A stretch of DNA of 64,000 nt from Candidatus Eiseniibacteriota bacterium (GTDB lineage: Bacteria > Eisenbacteria > RBG-16-71-46), in assembly GCA_963776245.1 (NCBI GenBank), contig CAVZLN010000009.1, forward strand, positions 96,001 to 160,000, in the 5' to 3' direction. Positions 49,603 through 59,618 of the stretch are shown here, in pieces. Made by a program: the position numbers and the translations under genes. Under the pieces are notes generated by a model. That model saw only the letters and a list, made by a program, of their open reading frames with translations. It did no database searches and had not been told where the DNA came from. How positions within the stretch are numbered: position 1 is the first letter of the stretch; every line of letters begins with the position of its first letter.

Positions 49603-50600
49603 GCCGCCCGCCCGCGCGAGTCGCGCAGCACCACGCGCCGCACCGCCGCCATCGGCGCCGCGCTGCGCTTGGCCCAGTCGCGCCGCCGCAGCCGGCCCAG
49701 CCAGCGCGGAGGCAGGATGCTGGCGGCCGCCAGCGCGGTCACCGCCAGCGCTCGCTCCGGGAACAGCCACGCGCGCGCGAGATGGTCGCGGGCCTCGGAG
49801 CGCCGGCCCTCGCGCAGGTCCGCGAGCGCCAGCTTGAAGTGGGCGAGCGCCTCGCGCCGGCGCGCAACGCGGCGCAGCGGCGCCGCCAGTGCCGGGTCGG
49901 CGGCCAGCCGCCGGAACAGGGCCACGTCACCGCCGAGGCGCGCCTCGATCTGGCGCGTCAGCCCGCCCGCGCGGTGCTGGTAGCGCACCAGCGCGCGGCG
50001 CGACGCCGCCGCCGGCCAGCGGCGCGCGAGCCGGATCCAGAGATCGAGATCCTCCGCGTGACTGAGCTCCGGATCGAACCCGCCGGTCTCCTCGAGCGCG
50101 GTGCGGCGCACCACGGTGGAGGAGGTGAGCACGAAGTTGACCTCGAGCAGCTCGGCCACCGGCTGGCCGAGGTAGCCCTCCGGCAGTTCCGCGTAGGGCT
50201 CCAGCCAGGACGCGCGCAGTTCGCCGTCGAGGGATCGGAAGGCGCCGTCGCTGAAGAACCACGCCGCCTCGGGCGCGTCCGCGAGCGCCGTGTCCGCGAT
50301 CGCGAGCTTCTCGGGGAACCACACGTCGTCCGCGTCGAGGAAGGCGATCCACGCCGAGCGCGCCGCGCGCCAGCCGGCATTGCGCGCGGCCGCGGCGCCG
50401 TCGAAGCGGCCGCGCACCACGCGCACGGCGTCCCCGAAGCGCTCCCTCACCACGTCCCCGGTGCCGTCGGTGGACGCATCGTCCACCACGATCACCTCGG
50501 AAGGGGCGCGGGTCTGGGCCAGCGCGGACGCCACCGCCTCGAGCACGTCGGGCAGCCCGTCGCGCGCCGGGATCACCGCCGCGAAGTCGCGCCCGGTCAC
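49599..50600 (-). CDS. Glycosyltransferase family 2
   Basis: VVDDASTD, ARNAG, FLDADD, EDLDLW. Confidence 0.92.
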   Translation of the reverse strand: MTGRDFAAVIPARDGLPDVLEAVASALAQTRAPSEVIVVDDASTDGTGDVVRERFGDAVRVVRGRFDGAAAARNAGWRAARSAWIAFLDADDVWFPEKLAIADTALADAPEAAWFFSDGAFRSLDGELRASWLEPYAELPEGYLGQPVAELLEVNFVLTSSTVVRRTALEETGGFDPELSHAEDLDLWIRLARRWPAAASRRALVRYQHRAGGLTRQIEARLGGDVALFRRLAADPALAAPLRRVARRREALAHFKLALADLREGRRSEARDHLARAWLFPERALAVTALAAASILPPRWLGRLRRRDWAKRSAAPMAAVRRVVLRDSRGRAA

Positions 50601-51598
50601 CGCGCGTCCTCGCGGCCGGTGACGCCGAGGTAGCGCACGCGCCGGCGCGCGCGCCGCACCGTGCGCTTGAGCCAGCCGGAGCGCATCAGCCGCGGCAGCA
50701 GCGCATCGGGCAGGACCGACGCGCCGAGCGCCATCACCCGCCGGCCGAGCGGACCTCCCGCGGCCGCGCGGCGCAGCCGCACGCGGGCTTCGCGCCGGCG
50801 CCCCGAGCGCAGGCAGCCGACCGCCAGGTCGAACTCGATCGCCGCCGCCCGCGCCGCCGCGATCCGGCGCTCGGCCGGGCGCCGGCCCATCTCGCCCGCC
50901 GCGATGCGGCGCATCAGCGCCAGGTCGTCGAGAAAACGACCATCGAGGCGGCGGGAGAGCTGGCCGGGGTGCGTGAAGTACCCCACCAGCCGGTCCTCGA
51001 GTACGGCGCCGGGCGCGCGCGCGGCGACCCGCAGCCACAGGTCGTAGTCGTGGGAGTGCACGATGGAGGGATCCATGCCGCCGACCGCGTCGTACAGGCC
51101 GCGCTCGATCATGGTGCTGCTGGTGAGCGGGAAGCAGCGCTCCACCAGCGGCGGGAACAGATCGCCCACCAGCGTGCGCACCGGACGGAAGTAGTCCTCG
51201 AGCCACGACTCCCGGACCACTCCCTCGGCCGAGAACAGCCACCCGTCGCTGCACAGCCAGCGCACCTCGGGATGCTGGGCGAGGAATCCCAGCTGACGCT
51301 CGAGCTTCGGCGGCGCCCACAGGTCATCGGCGTCGAGGTAAGCCACCCAATCGCCGGTGATCTGGACGGCGCCCGCGGAGCGCGCCGCGCCGGCGTTGCG
51401 ATGCGGCAGGCGCAACACGCGCACCGGCGCCGCGTAGCGCGCCTCGACCAGCTCCGCCGTGCCGTCGGTCGAGCCGTCGTCGCACACCACCACCTCGTCC
51501 GGCACCCGGCTGCCGGCCAGCACGCTGTCGAGCGCGCGCTCGACGCACCACGCGGCGTTGTACGCCGCCATCACCACGCTCACGCGCGGCGCGCTCAT
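50597..51598 (-). CDS. Glycosyltransferase family 2
   Basis: VSVVMAAYN, DDGSTD, YLDADD, HDYDLW; same length as, and paralogous to, the downstream GT2. Confidence 0.92.
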   Translation of the reverse strand: MSAPRVSVVMAAYNAAWCVERALDSVLAGSRVPDEVVVCDDGSTDGTAELVEARYAAPVRVLRLPHRNAGAARSAGAVQITGDWVAYLDADDLWAPPKLERQLGFLAQHPEVRWLCSDGWLFSAEGVVRESWLEDYFRPVRTLVGDLFPPLVERCFPLTSSTMIERGLYDAVGGMDPSIVHSHDYDLWLRVAARAPGAVLEDRLVGYFTHPGQLSRRLDGRFLDDLALMRRIAAGEMGRRPAERRIAAARAAAIEFDLAVGCLRSGRRREARVRLRRAAAGGPLGRRVMALGASVLPDALLPRLMRSGWLKRTVRRARRRVRYLGVTGREDAR

Positions 51599-53133
51599 CG
51601 CCCCGCCGCCGCGGCCGCGCCGCGGCCCCCGAACAGTCCCGGCATCATGCGCGCCCAGCGCCCGCGCTCCTCGGCATTCGCTCCCCAGCGCCAGGCGACG
51701 ACCGCGAACACCAGCCAGGCGCCCGCGCAGGTGCCGAACAGCGGGACCCACCCGACCGGCCGCCAGACCGCCTGGGCGACCAGCGCGGGGACCACGAACG
51801 CCGCGCTCAGGAGCCCGGGACGGACCATCCCCTCCCACAGGTAGCGCCGCAGCGGCATCCCGAGCGCCCGGCACGCGTACACCATGGTGGCCACGCCCCC
51901 GACCAGACCGAGCGGCACCGCCGTGCCCATGGCCACGCCCACGGTGCCGTAGGGCTTCACCCACAGCAGCGAGAGCCCGAGGTTCAGCAGCGCGTTGAGC
52001 AGCGAGAGCGCCACCACGCCGCGGTGGCGGCTGATGCCGTAGAGCAGCGAGGCCGCGGCGGACTGCGGGAGCGCGACCAGCGTCGGCACGGTGAGGATGG
52101 TGAGCAGGAGCCCCGCGCCGCGATAGCGCGCGCCCACCCAGGTCTCGAGCAGGTTGGAGCCGAAGATGATGAGCCCGAACAGCACCGGCCAGGCGAGCAG
52201 CACCGAGTACTTCGAGCCGGCGACGAGCATGGCGTGGAGCTTGTCCAGCTCGCCGCGCGTCTCCAGCTCGCTGGCGGTCGGGGAGAGCACCCAGGTGGCC
52301 GAGTGCACCAGCGAGCGCGCGTTGTCCACCAGCCCCGAGGCGAGCGCGAACGGGGTCACCAGCGCCGCGCCGAGGAAGCCGGTGATGACCAGCGCATCGG
52401 TCTGGAACGCGATGCTCGAGGCCAGCGCTCCGGCGAACGCGATGCCGCTGTACGAGCCGATGAGGCGCAGATGCGGGCCGTCCACCAGCCGCATCGCGTA
52501 GCGCACCCGCGGCAGCAGGCGGAACACGAACAGCGCCGAGACCACGTAGCCGAGCAGGTTGGTGATCAGCGCGGCCCACGCCAGCCCGACCAGCCCGCCG
52601 CCGAGGCGCAGCACCACGACGAACGCCACCGCGCGCACGATGCCGATGACGATCCCCACGCCGTTGGCGATGTCATAGCGCTGGAGCCCCGAGAGCGTGG
52701 CGCCGAACACCCCGAGCGGAAAGCCCAGCGCGAGCGAGACCCCGAACAGCCACACGATCTGGCTCGCCACCGGCAGCCGCGCCGGCTCGACCTTGAGCCA
52801 GCCGTGGAGCGTGCCCGCCACCACGCCGGTGGCGACCAGGGTCACCAGCCCGACCGCGGCGTAGAGCACGATCGCGCTGCTGATGGTGCGGCCCAGGCCC
52901 TCGTCGTCCCCCAGCGCGTGGTCGCGCGAGACGTAGCGGACCAGCGACGGACGGATGCCCTGGTCGAACAGCCCGAAGTACCCGGTGAGCGAGAAGACGG
53001 TCACCCACAGGCCGTAGTCCCCGTCTCCCATCAGGCGGACCATGATGGGGGTGAGGAGGAACCCGATCACCCCCGCCAGGAAGAAGCGGAGGTAGTTGGT
53101 GAGCACGTTCTTCAGGACGCGGATGCTGCGCAA
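51595..53133 (-). CDS. wzx: Wzx-type oligosaccharide flippase
   Basis: 12-14 TM segments; LG..DYGLW, FDQG MOP-family motifs. Confidence 0.88.
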   Translation of the reverse strand: MRSIRVLKNVLTNYLRFFLAGVIGFLLTPIMVRLMGDGDYGLWVTVFSLTGYFGLFDQGIRPSLVRYVSRDHALGDDEGLGRTISSAIVLYAAVGLVTLVATGVVAGTLHGWLKVEPARLPVASQIVWLFGVSLALGFPLGVFGATLSGLQRYDIANGVGIVIGIVRAVAFVVVLRLGGGLVGLAWAALITNLLGYVVSALFVFRLLPRVRYAMRLVDGPHLRLIGSYSGIAFAGALASSIAFQTDALVITGFLGAALVTPFALASGLVDNARSLVHSATWVLSPTASELETRGELDKLHAMLVAGSKYSVLLAWPVLFGLIIFGSNLLETWVGARYRGAGLLLTILTVPTLVALPQSAAASLLYGISRHRGVVALSLLNALLNLGLSLLWVKPYGTVGVAMGTAVPLGLVGGVATMVYACRALGMPLRRYLWEGMVRPGLLSAAFVVPALVAQAVWRPVGWVPLFGTCAGAWLVFAVVAWRWGANAEERGRWARMMPGLFGGRGAAAAAGR

Positions 53134-53203
53134 TCCGTACGCTCCTCGGTGGGACCGCTCGCGCCGCGGTGCCGCGACGCCCTCTCCGGCGCGGGGCGCG
53201 GGT

Positions 53204-55438
53204 CTACGACGGATCGCCTCCGGCCCCTTCGCCGGGCGCGCCGTAGCCGTAATGGCGATAGCCGTAGTAGTGCGGCAGGACCTCGCCGATGTCGTTCAGG
53301 AGCACGCCGACCAGGTTGTCGTGGGCTTCGCGCTGGACCTTCACGCCGTACTCGGCGGCCTTGCGGATGGTGCTCCCCGCCTTGATCACGTAGACCACGC
53401 CGTCGACCGCGCGCCCGATGATGAGCGGATCCGGCACGGCGAGGTTCGGCGGGGCGTCGATCAGCACCACGGCGTAGCGCTTGGACGCCTCGGCGAGGAA
53501 CCACTCCACCGCGCCCAGATCCACCAGCTCGGCGGCCGGGTGCTCGCTCTTGCCGGCGGCGAGGAAGTCGAGGTCGGGCAGCACCGTGGTCCGCACGAAG
53601 CGCTCGTCGAAGTGGCGCGAACGCAGCATCTGCGAGAGCCCCGCGCTGCTGGCCGGCAGTCCCAGCGCGCGGTGCAGCGCCGGGCTGCGCAGGTCGAAAT
53701 CCACCAGCAGCGTGCGCTCGCGCAGCTCGCGGGCGAGCGTGATGCCGAGGCAGGCCGCGGTGGTGGTCTTGCCCTCGCCGCGGGTCGCGCTCGTGACCAT
53801 GAGCGTGTGCGGCATCGCACGGCCGCGGGTGCGGGCCAGCTTGAGGTAGATGCGCCGGAACTCGAGTCCGAGCAGGCTCTCGACCTTGAGCCGGTGGAGC
53901 AATCCCAGTTCGCGCTCGGCGGGGATCCCGGCCACGGCCGGCTTCGGGCGGCGGCGCGTGCGCTCGAGTTCGTCCACCCTCGGCACGGCGCCCAGCACCG
54001 GCAATCCGAGCAGGTCCTCGACCTCCTCGGCGTTGCGCATGGATTGATCGTGGCGCTCGACCACCATCACGGTGCCCACCCCGGCGATGCCGCCCACCAC
54101 CAGCGCGAGCAGCACCACCATCACGCGGTTCGGCTTGCCGGGCGCCGTGGGCCGCGCTGCCGGCTCGATGACGATGAAGCGCCCGCTCACCTTGGCGTTC
54201 TCGAACGCCTCGTTGATCTGGTTGGCGGCCGACTGCTGGAGGAACGAGTTGTAGAGCGTGCGCGCGTTGTCCACCTCCGCCTGCACGCGCTGCAGCTCCA
54301 TCTCCACGTCCGGCGCCATCGTGATCTGGCGCTCGTACGAGCCCACCTGCCCCGCCAGGTACGCGCGCCGCGATTCGCGGGCCGCGAGGTCCGCCTGGGC
54401 GGAGCGGTAGCGCACCAGCTGGTCGCGCAGATCGGGCGCCATCGCCGGGAAGGCATGGGCCGCGCTCCGGCCGAGCGCGTCCTCGAGCTCGGCGCTCTTG
54501 CGCGCCAGCATCGTGCGCACCGCCGCGCCGCCGTCGCCCGCGCCCCCCAGCAGGCTGCCCGCCAGCTGGCGCTCCAGCACCACGAGCTGCCCGGCGAGGT
54601 TGCTCACCTCGGAATTGGAGAGCGCCTCGGCGTCCTGGTCCCGCACCTTGCCGGCGAGCTGCTCCCGCAGCGAGGACACGCGCTGGCGCTGCTGTTCGGT
54701 GTCCAGCTCGGCCTGCTCCAGCAGCGCGCGCGTCTGGGCCAGGTTGGCCGCGTTCACCGAGGAACCGGCGATGGTGTTGGTGAGCGCCGCGCGCCGCGCG
54801 GCCTCCAGCCGGCGCTCGGCCTCGTCGAGCTTCTGCCGGTAGACTTGCTGCTGCTCGACCGCGAATTCCCCGGTGGCGCGCAGCGCTTCGAGTTGCGCGG
54901 CCTTGGACGAGAGCACGAACTGATTGGCGACCGCGTCGGCCAGCCGCCGAGCGCGCTCGGGCTCGTGCGCCTCCACCGTCACGGTGATGAAGTCGCCCTT
55001 GGTGACCTTGAGCGTGATCACGCCGCGCAGGTAGTCCACCAGCGCGGTCTCGACCACGTCCTCGGGCGTGCTTCCGGGCGCCGGGCTCTTCACCCGGCGG
55101 AGCGCCCACGCCCGGGTCCCGGGATCGCTCTTGAGCCCGCTGGCGATGACGATGCTGCGCAGGAACAGCGTGCTCTGCACCTGTCCCCGCATGATGTTGA
55201 GCTGCTGGTCGCCCGACCGTCCGCCGGCCACCATGCCGCCGAGCGCCCCGGTCAGCGCGGCGGGCCGCTCGAACTGCAGCTGCACCGACGAGAAGTAGAT
55301 GGGCGGCAGCAGGAACGCGGCCAGCACGCCCGCCACCAGCGCCACCGACCACGGCAGGATCAGCAGCCAGCGACGGCGCACCAGGACCCCCAGCAGGTCC
55401 TGGACGTCGAGCGTGCGCGGCGCGGTCGGTTCGGCCAT
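53204..55438 (-). CDS. wzc: Polysaccharide co-polymerase / tyrosine autokinase
   Basis: Wzz-like TM-coiled coil-TM, PVLGAVP, TSATRGEGKTT, DFDLRSP, DAPP, C-terminal Tyr cluster YYGYRHYGYG. Confidence 0.92.
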   Translation of the reverse strand: MAEPTAPRTLDVQDLLGVLVRRRWLLILPWSVALVAGVLAAFLLPPIYFSSVQLQFERPAALTGALGGMVAGGRSGDQQLNIMRGQVQSTLFLRSIVIASGLKSDPGTRAWALRRVKSPAPGSTPEDVVETALVDYLRGVITLKVTKGDFITVTVEAHEPERARRLADAVANQFVLSSKAAQLEALRATGEFAVEQQQVYRQKLDEAERRLEAARRAALTNTIAGSSVNAANLAQTRALLEQAELDTEQQRQRVSSLREQLAGKVRDQDAEALSNSEVSNLAGQLVVLERQLAGSLLGGAGDGGAAVRTMLARKSAELEDALGRSAAHAFPAMAPDLRDQLVRYRSAQADLAARESRRAYLAGQVGSYERQITMAPDVEMELQRVQAEVDNARTLYNSFLQQSAANQINEAFENAKVSGRFIVIEPAARPTAPGKPNRVMVVLLALVVGGIAGVGTVMVVERHDQSMRNAEEVEDLLGLPVLGAVPRVDELERTRRRPKPAVAGIPAERELGLLHRLKVESLLGLEFRRIYLKLARTRGRAMPHTLMVTSATRGEGKTTTAACLGITLARELRERTLLVDFDLRSPALHRALGLPASSAGLSQMLRSRHFDERFVRTTVLPDLDFLAAGKSEHPAAELVDLGAVEWFLAEASKRYAVVLIDAPPNLAVPDPLIIGRAVDGVVYVIKAGSTIRKAAEYGVKVQREAHDNLVGVLLNDIGEVLPHYYGYRHYGYGAPGEGAGGDPS

Positions 55439-55451
55439 CGGTCACCCCCGA

Positions 55452-56444
55452 CTACTTGTTGGTCTTCTGATTCTGGAGGTAGTCCACGAGCACGGCGGTG
55501 TTGAGCACGTCGCGGCCGACGAGCAGCACCTGGTAGACCCCGCCGAACGCGCGGCCGATCACCACGCCGCCGCGCACGCCGACGTACACCACGTCGCCGG
55601 AGCGCACGGTCACGGGCGAGCGGGTCCCGCGCGACAGTACCTCGCGCAGGTTGACCGCCACCACCGAGACCCCATCCGGCCCGCGGGTGAGCACCTTCAC
55701 CGCGCCGAGGTCGCCGGCGGAGGTCATCCCGCCCGCGGCCGCCAGCACCATCCACAGGTCGGCGCCCGCGCCGACCGGGTAGAGCCCGGGCTTCTGCACC
55801 TCGCCGAGCACCGCCACCGCCTCGCCCGGTCCCGCCGCGCCCGCCGCCGCGACCTGGGGCACCATGATCGCGTCGCCGGCCCGCAGCGCCGGGAGCACGT
55901 CGGTGTTGCCATCCCGCAGGACGGCGGAGACGTCGACGTCCTGCGTCCGGCGCGTGGAGCCCTCGCGCCGCGACAGCTGCACCCGGGACAGGTCCGCGCC
56001 GGGGAGCGCGCCTCCCGCGGCGCTGAGCGCGTCGACCAGGCTCGGCAGCGCCTCGAAACCGTAGCGCCCCGGCTTGGCCACCGCGCCCGACACGAACACG
56101 CTGCGAGAGAGGTACTGCGTGACCGTCACCGTCACGGTGGCGGTCTGGCGCAGGTAGCTCGAGAGCCGGTCGGCGATGCGGTCGGCGAGCTCCTTCGGAG
56201 TGAGCCCCGCGGCCTTGATATCCCCCACCGGCGGGAACACGACGTTGCCGTCCGAGCCCACCGGCAGCGTGCGCTCGAGCTCGGGATGCAGCCACACCGA
56301 GACCGCCACCACGTCCTCGGAGCCGAGGACGTACTCCGCGGCCCGCGCCGCGCGCGGGGCGGATACGGACATCGCGGCGGCGAACACGGTCAGGACGGCG
56401 GCCGCCATCGCGGTCGCGCGCCAGCGCTGGGTCACACCTTTCAT
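55452..56444 (-). CDS. wza: Polysaccharide export protein (Wza/OPX) with SLBB domains
   Basis: YVLGSEDV, DGNVVFPPVG, GAVAKPGRY, GEVQKPGLY; signal peptide without lipobox Cys. Confidence 0.88.
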   Translation of the reverse strand: MKGVTQRWRATAMAAAVLTVFAAAMSVSAPRAARAAEYVLGSEDVVAVSVWLHPELERTLPVGSDGNVVFPPVGDIKAAGLTPKELADRIADRLSSYLRQTATVTVTVTQYLSRSVFVSGAVAKPGRYGFEALPSLVDALSAAGGALPGADLSRVQLSRREGSTRRTQDVDVSAVLRDGNTDVLPALRAGDAIMVPQVAAAGAAGPGEAVAVLGEVQKPGLYPVGAGADLWMVLAAAGGMTSAGDLGAVKVLTRGPDGVSVVAVNLREVLSRGTRSPVTVRSGDVVYVGVRGGVVIGRAFGGVYQVLLVGRDVLNTAVLVDYLQNQKTNK

Positions 56445-59058
56445 CGGGTCACTCCTTTGACGGCCGGCGCACCGCTGGGCACCACGCCCGGTCCCGGCGC
56501 GGGGCCGGTCCGGGGTGCGTCCGTGGCGGGGCGCCGGAGGATCACGGCCATGGTGCGCAGCAGGATACGGAAATCGAGCAACGGGGAACGGTGATCGATG
56601 TAATGCAGGTCGAAGCCGACCCGGCGCGCCACGCCCGCGGGCGTGCCGTCGTCGCAGCCCGCGACCTGAGCCAGACCGGTGACGCCGGGCAGCACGGTGA
56701 AGCGGCGTTCGTATCCCGCCACCAGGTTCTTCCACCGCAGCACCAGCTCCTGGCGCTCCGGCTGGGGCCCCACCAGCGCCATCTCGCCGCGCAGCACGTT
56801 GAGCAGGAACGGCAGTCGATCGAGGTGCCGGCGCGCGACCCAGCGGCTGATCGCGCCGAGGTCGGAGCGGAAGCGCTCGCATTCGATCGGCGCGCCGAGC
56901 AGGTCCTGGGTGCGGCGCTGGAGACTGCGGCGGTCGATCGGCGCGGCATCGCGGCGCCCGCGCCGCGGACCGTGACGACGCGTGCGCCCCACGCGCACCT
57001 CGCGCACCAGGAGGTCGCGCTGACCGGCGCGCCAGGCCTCGAACGCGAGCAGCCCCCACAGCGGCGACGACACCGCGAGCGCGGCCACCGCGACGGCGGC
57101 CTCGGTCAGTCCGCGGACCGCCTCGCCCCAGGGGCGGGCCGCGGGCGGACGGACCGACGGTCCCGCGGCCGACAGATCGATCACCGGCGTCGTCGGGAGC
57201 TGCGTCACCGGGACCTCGTACGGCACATGCGTGGGCTCGAGGTACTCGGGCACCAGCCGGTGGAGCATCGCCTTGACCTCGGTCGGGTCCCCGCGCTGCG
57301 CCACCGCCTCGAGCTCCGCCACCTCGGTGCGCAGGCTCGCCTCGTCGCGCGCGTCGAGGTCCCACACCAGGATGCGCTGGTGCTGGGTGATGCGCGTGCG
57401 CTCGGTGTCGGAGTGCAGCTCCTCGTAGAGCTTCTCGCCCGGGCGCAGCCCGGTGAACACGATCTCGACGTCCTCGCCCTCGCGCATGCCCGCGAGCCGG
57501 ATGAGCTGGCGCGCCAGATCCACGATGCGCACCTGCTCGCCCATGTCGAGCAGAAGCACCTCGCCCCCCTTGCCCATCGCGCCGGCCTGGAGCACCAGCC
57601 GCACCGCCTCGGGGATGGTCATGAAGTAGCGCCGCACGTCCGGGTGCGTGACGGTGATCGGGCCACCGCGCTGGAGCTGGCGCTGGAAGAGCGGGATCAC
57701 CGAGCCGTCGCTGCCCAGCACGTTGCCGAAGCGCACCGCGACGAAGCGCGTCTCGCTGCGCTGCGACCGGCTCTGGCACAGCATCTCGCACACGCGCTTC
57801 GAGGCGCCCATCACGCTGGTGGGATTCACCGCCTTGTCGGTCGAGATGAGCACGAACTTCTGGACGCCGTGGCGGTCCGACGCGTCGACCAGGTGCTGGT
57901 CCCGATGATGTTGTTCAGCACCGCCTCGCGCGGGCTGGTCTCGAGCAGCGGCACGTGCTTGTGCGCGGCGGCGTGGAACACGACCGCGGGCTTGAAGCGC
58001 TCGAACACACGCTCGACCCCGTCGCGGTCCCGCATGTCGCACACCACCGGGTGGACCGACAGCTCATCGTGCTGCGCGATCAGCTCGTGGTGCACGAAGT
58101 AGAGCCCGTTCTCGGCATGGTCGAACAGCACCAGCTCGGCCGCGCCGAAGTCGGCCACCTGGCGCGCCAGCTCGGAACCGATCGAGCCGCCCGCGCCGGT
58201 GACCAGCACGCGCTTGCCGCGGATGAACGCGCCGACCTCGTCGAGATCGAGGTGCACCGGCTGGCGGCCGAGCAGGTCCTCGATGCGCACGTCGCGCATC
58301 TGCGACAGCGCCGTGCGGCCGTGCTGCAGGTCGGAGAGCCCGGGCAGCGTCTTGACCGCGACGTTGGCCTCGGCGCAGAAGCGCGCGATCTCGCGCACCA
58401 CCTTGGCCGGCATGTTGGGGTCGGAGACGATGAGCATCTGCGCGCGCTGCTCCTGGAGCACGCGCGGGAGGTCGCCGATGGTGCCCAGCACCTTGACGCC
58501 CTCGACCAGGTGGCCGGTGAGGCGGCCATCGTCGTCGATGAAGCCCACCGGCGTCAGCATCTCGGGGCCGGCGGGACCGCGGCGCATCTCCTGGATGAGA
58601 TGCACGCCGGTGTGGTCCGCCCCCACCACGACCGTGCGCAGGGCGCGCTGGGACTCGTACCCGAGCACGCGCTCGCGCGAGAGGCGCCACACGAAACGCA
58701 CCCCGCCGATCAGCACCACCTCGCTGAGCCACGCGACCACGATGACGCTGCGCGGGAACAGCGCCACCGGGCTGAAGAGCGTGATGACCACGAACGCGAG
58801 CGCGGACAGCGTGGCGCCCTTGAGGATCTGGAACAGCGTCACCGTCGAGGCGTAGCGCCACAGGCCGTGGTAGAGCCCCGCGACGTAGAACCCGCCGAGC
58901 GAGAGCACGGTGAAGAAGGGCGCCGCGATGAGGTAGCCGGTCCAGAACCGCGCCGGGATGTCGCCCTCGAAGCGCAGCAGCAAGGCGCCCAGGAACGCCG
59001 CCTGGAGCAGCAGCGCATACCCGATCGTCAGGACCAGGAAGCGCGGTGTCTTGTGCAA
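56441..59058 (-). pseudogene. UDP-HexNAc 4,6-dehydratase (CapD/PglF/WbpM family) fused to degenerate phosphoglycosyltransferase domain; 1-nt frameshift near 57897
   Basis: TM region, EDLLGR, TGAGGSIGSEL, HAAAHKHVP, NIIGT then frame change, HLV..ISTDKAVNP, MGASKR, VRFGNVLGS, RPGEKLYEEL; may be a sequencing error. Confidence 0.85.
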
Positions 59059-59237
59059 GTCCTAGCCTTTCGTGTCGGCGGAGGCTCCCGCCCTGGGGTC
59101 AGCGTCGCGTGTCGGGGGCGACGGGGTCGCCGGGTCCGCGGTGCTCGGAGCGTGCTCGCCGCCCTCCCGGCGCGCACGCCACGGCGCGCCTGCCCCTCGG
59201 CTCCTCGCCGGCGGCAGGTCGCGGCTCCCGAAGACAT

Positions 59238-59253
59238 TGCAAGGTACAGGCCC
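59238..59253 (-). promoter_or_regulatory. Possible sigma-54 promoter of EPS operon
   Basis: Minus strand GGGCCT-GTACC-TTGCA (GG-N10-GC, perfect -12, imperfect -24). Confidence 0.35.
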
Positions 59254-59365
59254 GGGGGCCCTCCTCGCGGGGGGAGGGCCACCGGTGGCGCCGCATGGTC
59301 GGTCCGAACCCAGGAGACCTCGATGGCGTAGGCGGCTTACTTCGTGTGGCGCTTCGACGTGGCGG

Positions 59366-59394
59366 ATTCTAGGAGCGCCCGCCGGGGGCGTCAA
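59366..59394 (-). promoter_or_regulatory. Sigma-70 promoter of EPS operon
   Basis: Minus strand TTGACG-N17-TAGAAT, near consensus. Confidence 0.75.
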
Positions 59395-59461
59395 GCCACT
59401 CGCCTCGAAGGCCTTAGGCCGGGCTTGGCGCGCGCCTCGCAAGGCCCGCGCGGGCGATTCC

Positions 59462-59496
59462 GCGCGAACCCACCCGGGCCCCGGGTGGGTTCGCGC
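59462..59496. repeat. Perfect 16-bp inverted repeat (hairpin), possible terminator of Kelch gene
   Basis: GCGCGAACCCACCCGG-GCC-CCGGGTGGGTTCGCGC. Confidence 0.7.
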
Positions 59497-59618
59497 TCAC
59501 CCCGACCGACCGGGGCCCCCGGGCAGCGATCCCGAGCGGTCGGCTCAAGGATGCCCGGCCGGGCCCCGGGTGCGGTCAACCTCGTGCCACACCCACCGCG
59601 ACCGTGGCCCGCCCGATT

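Noticed and set aside
59576..59589. TGGCACG-AGG-TTGAC sigma-54-like motif on minus strand
   Set aside because: Spacing is one base short and the -12 GC is absent
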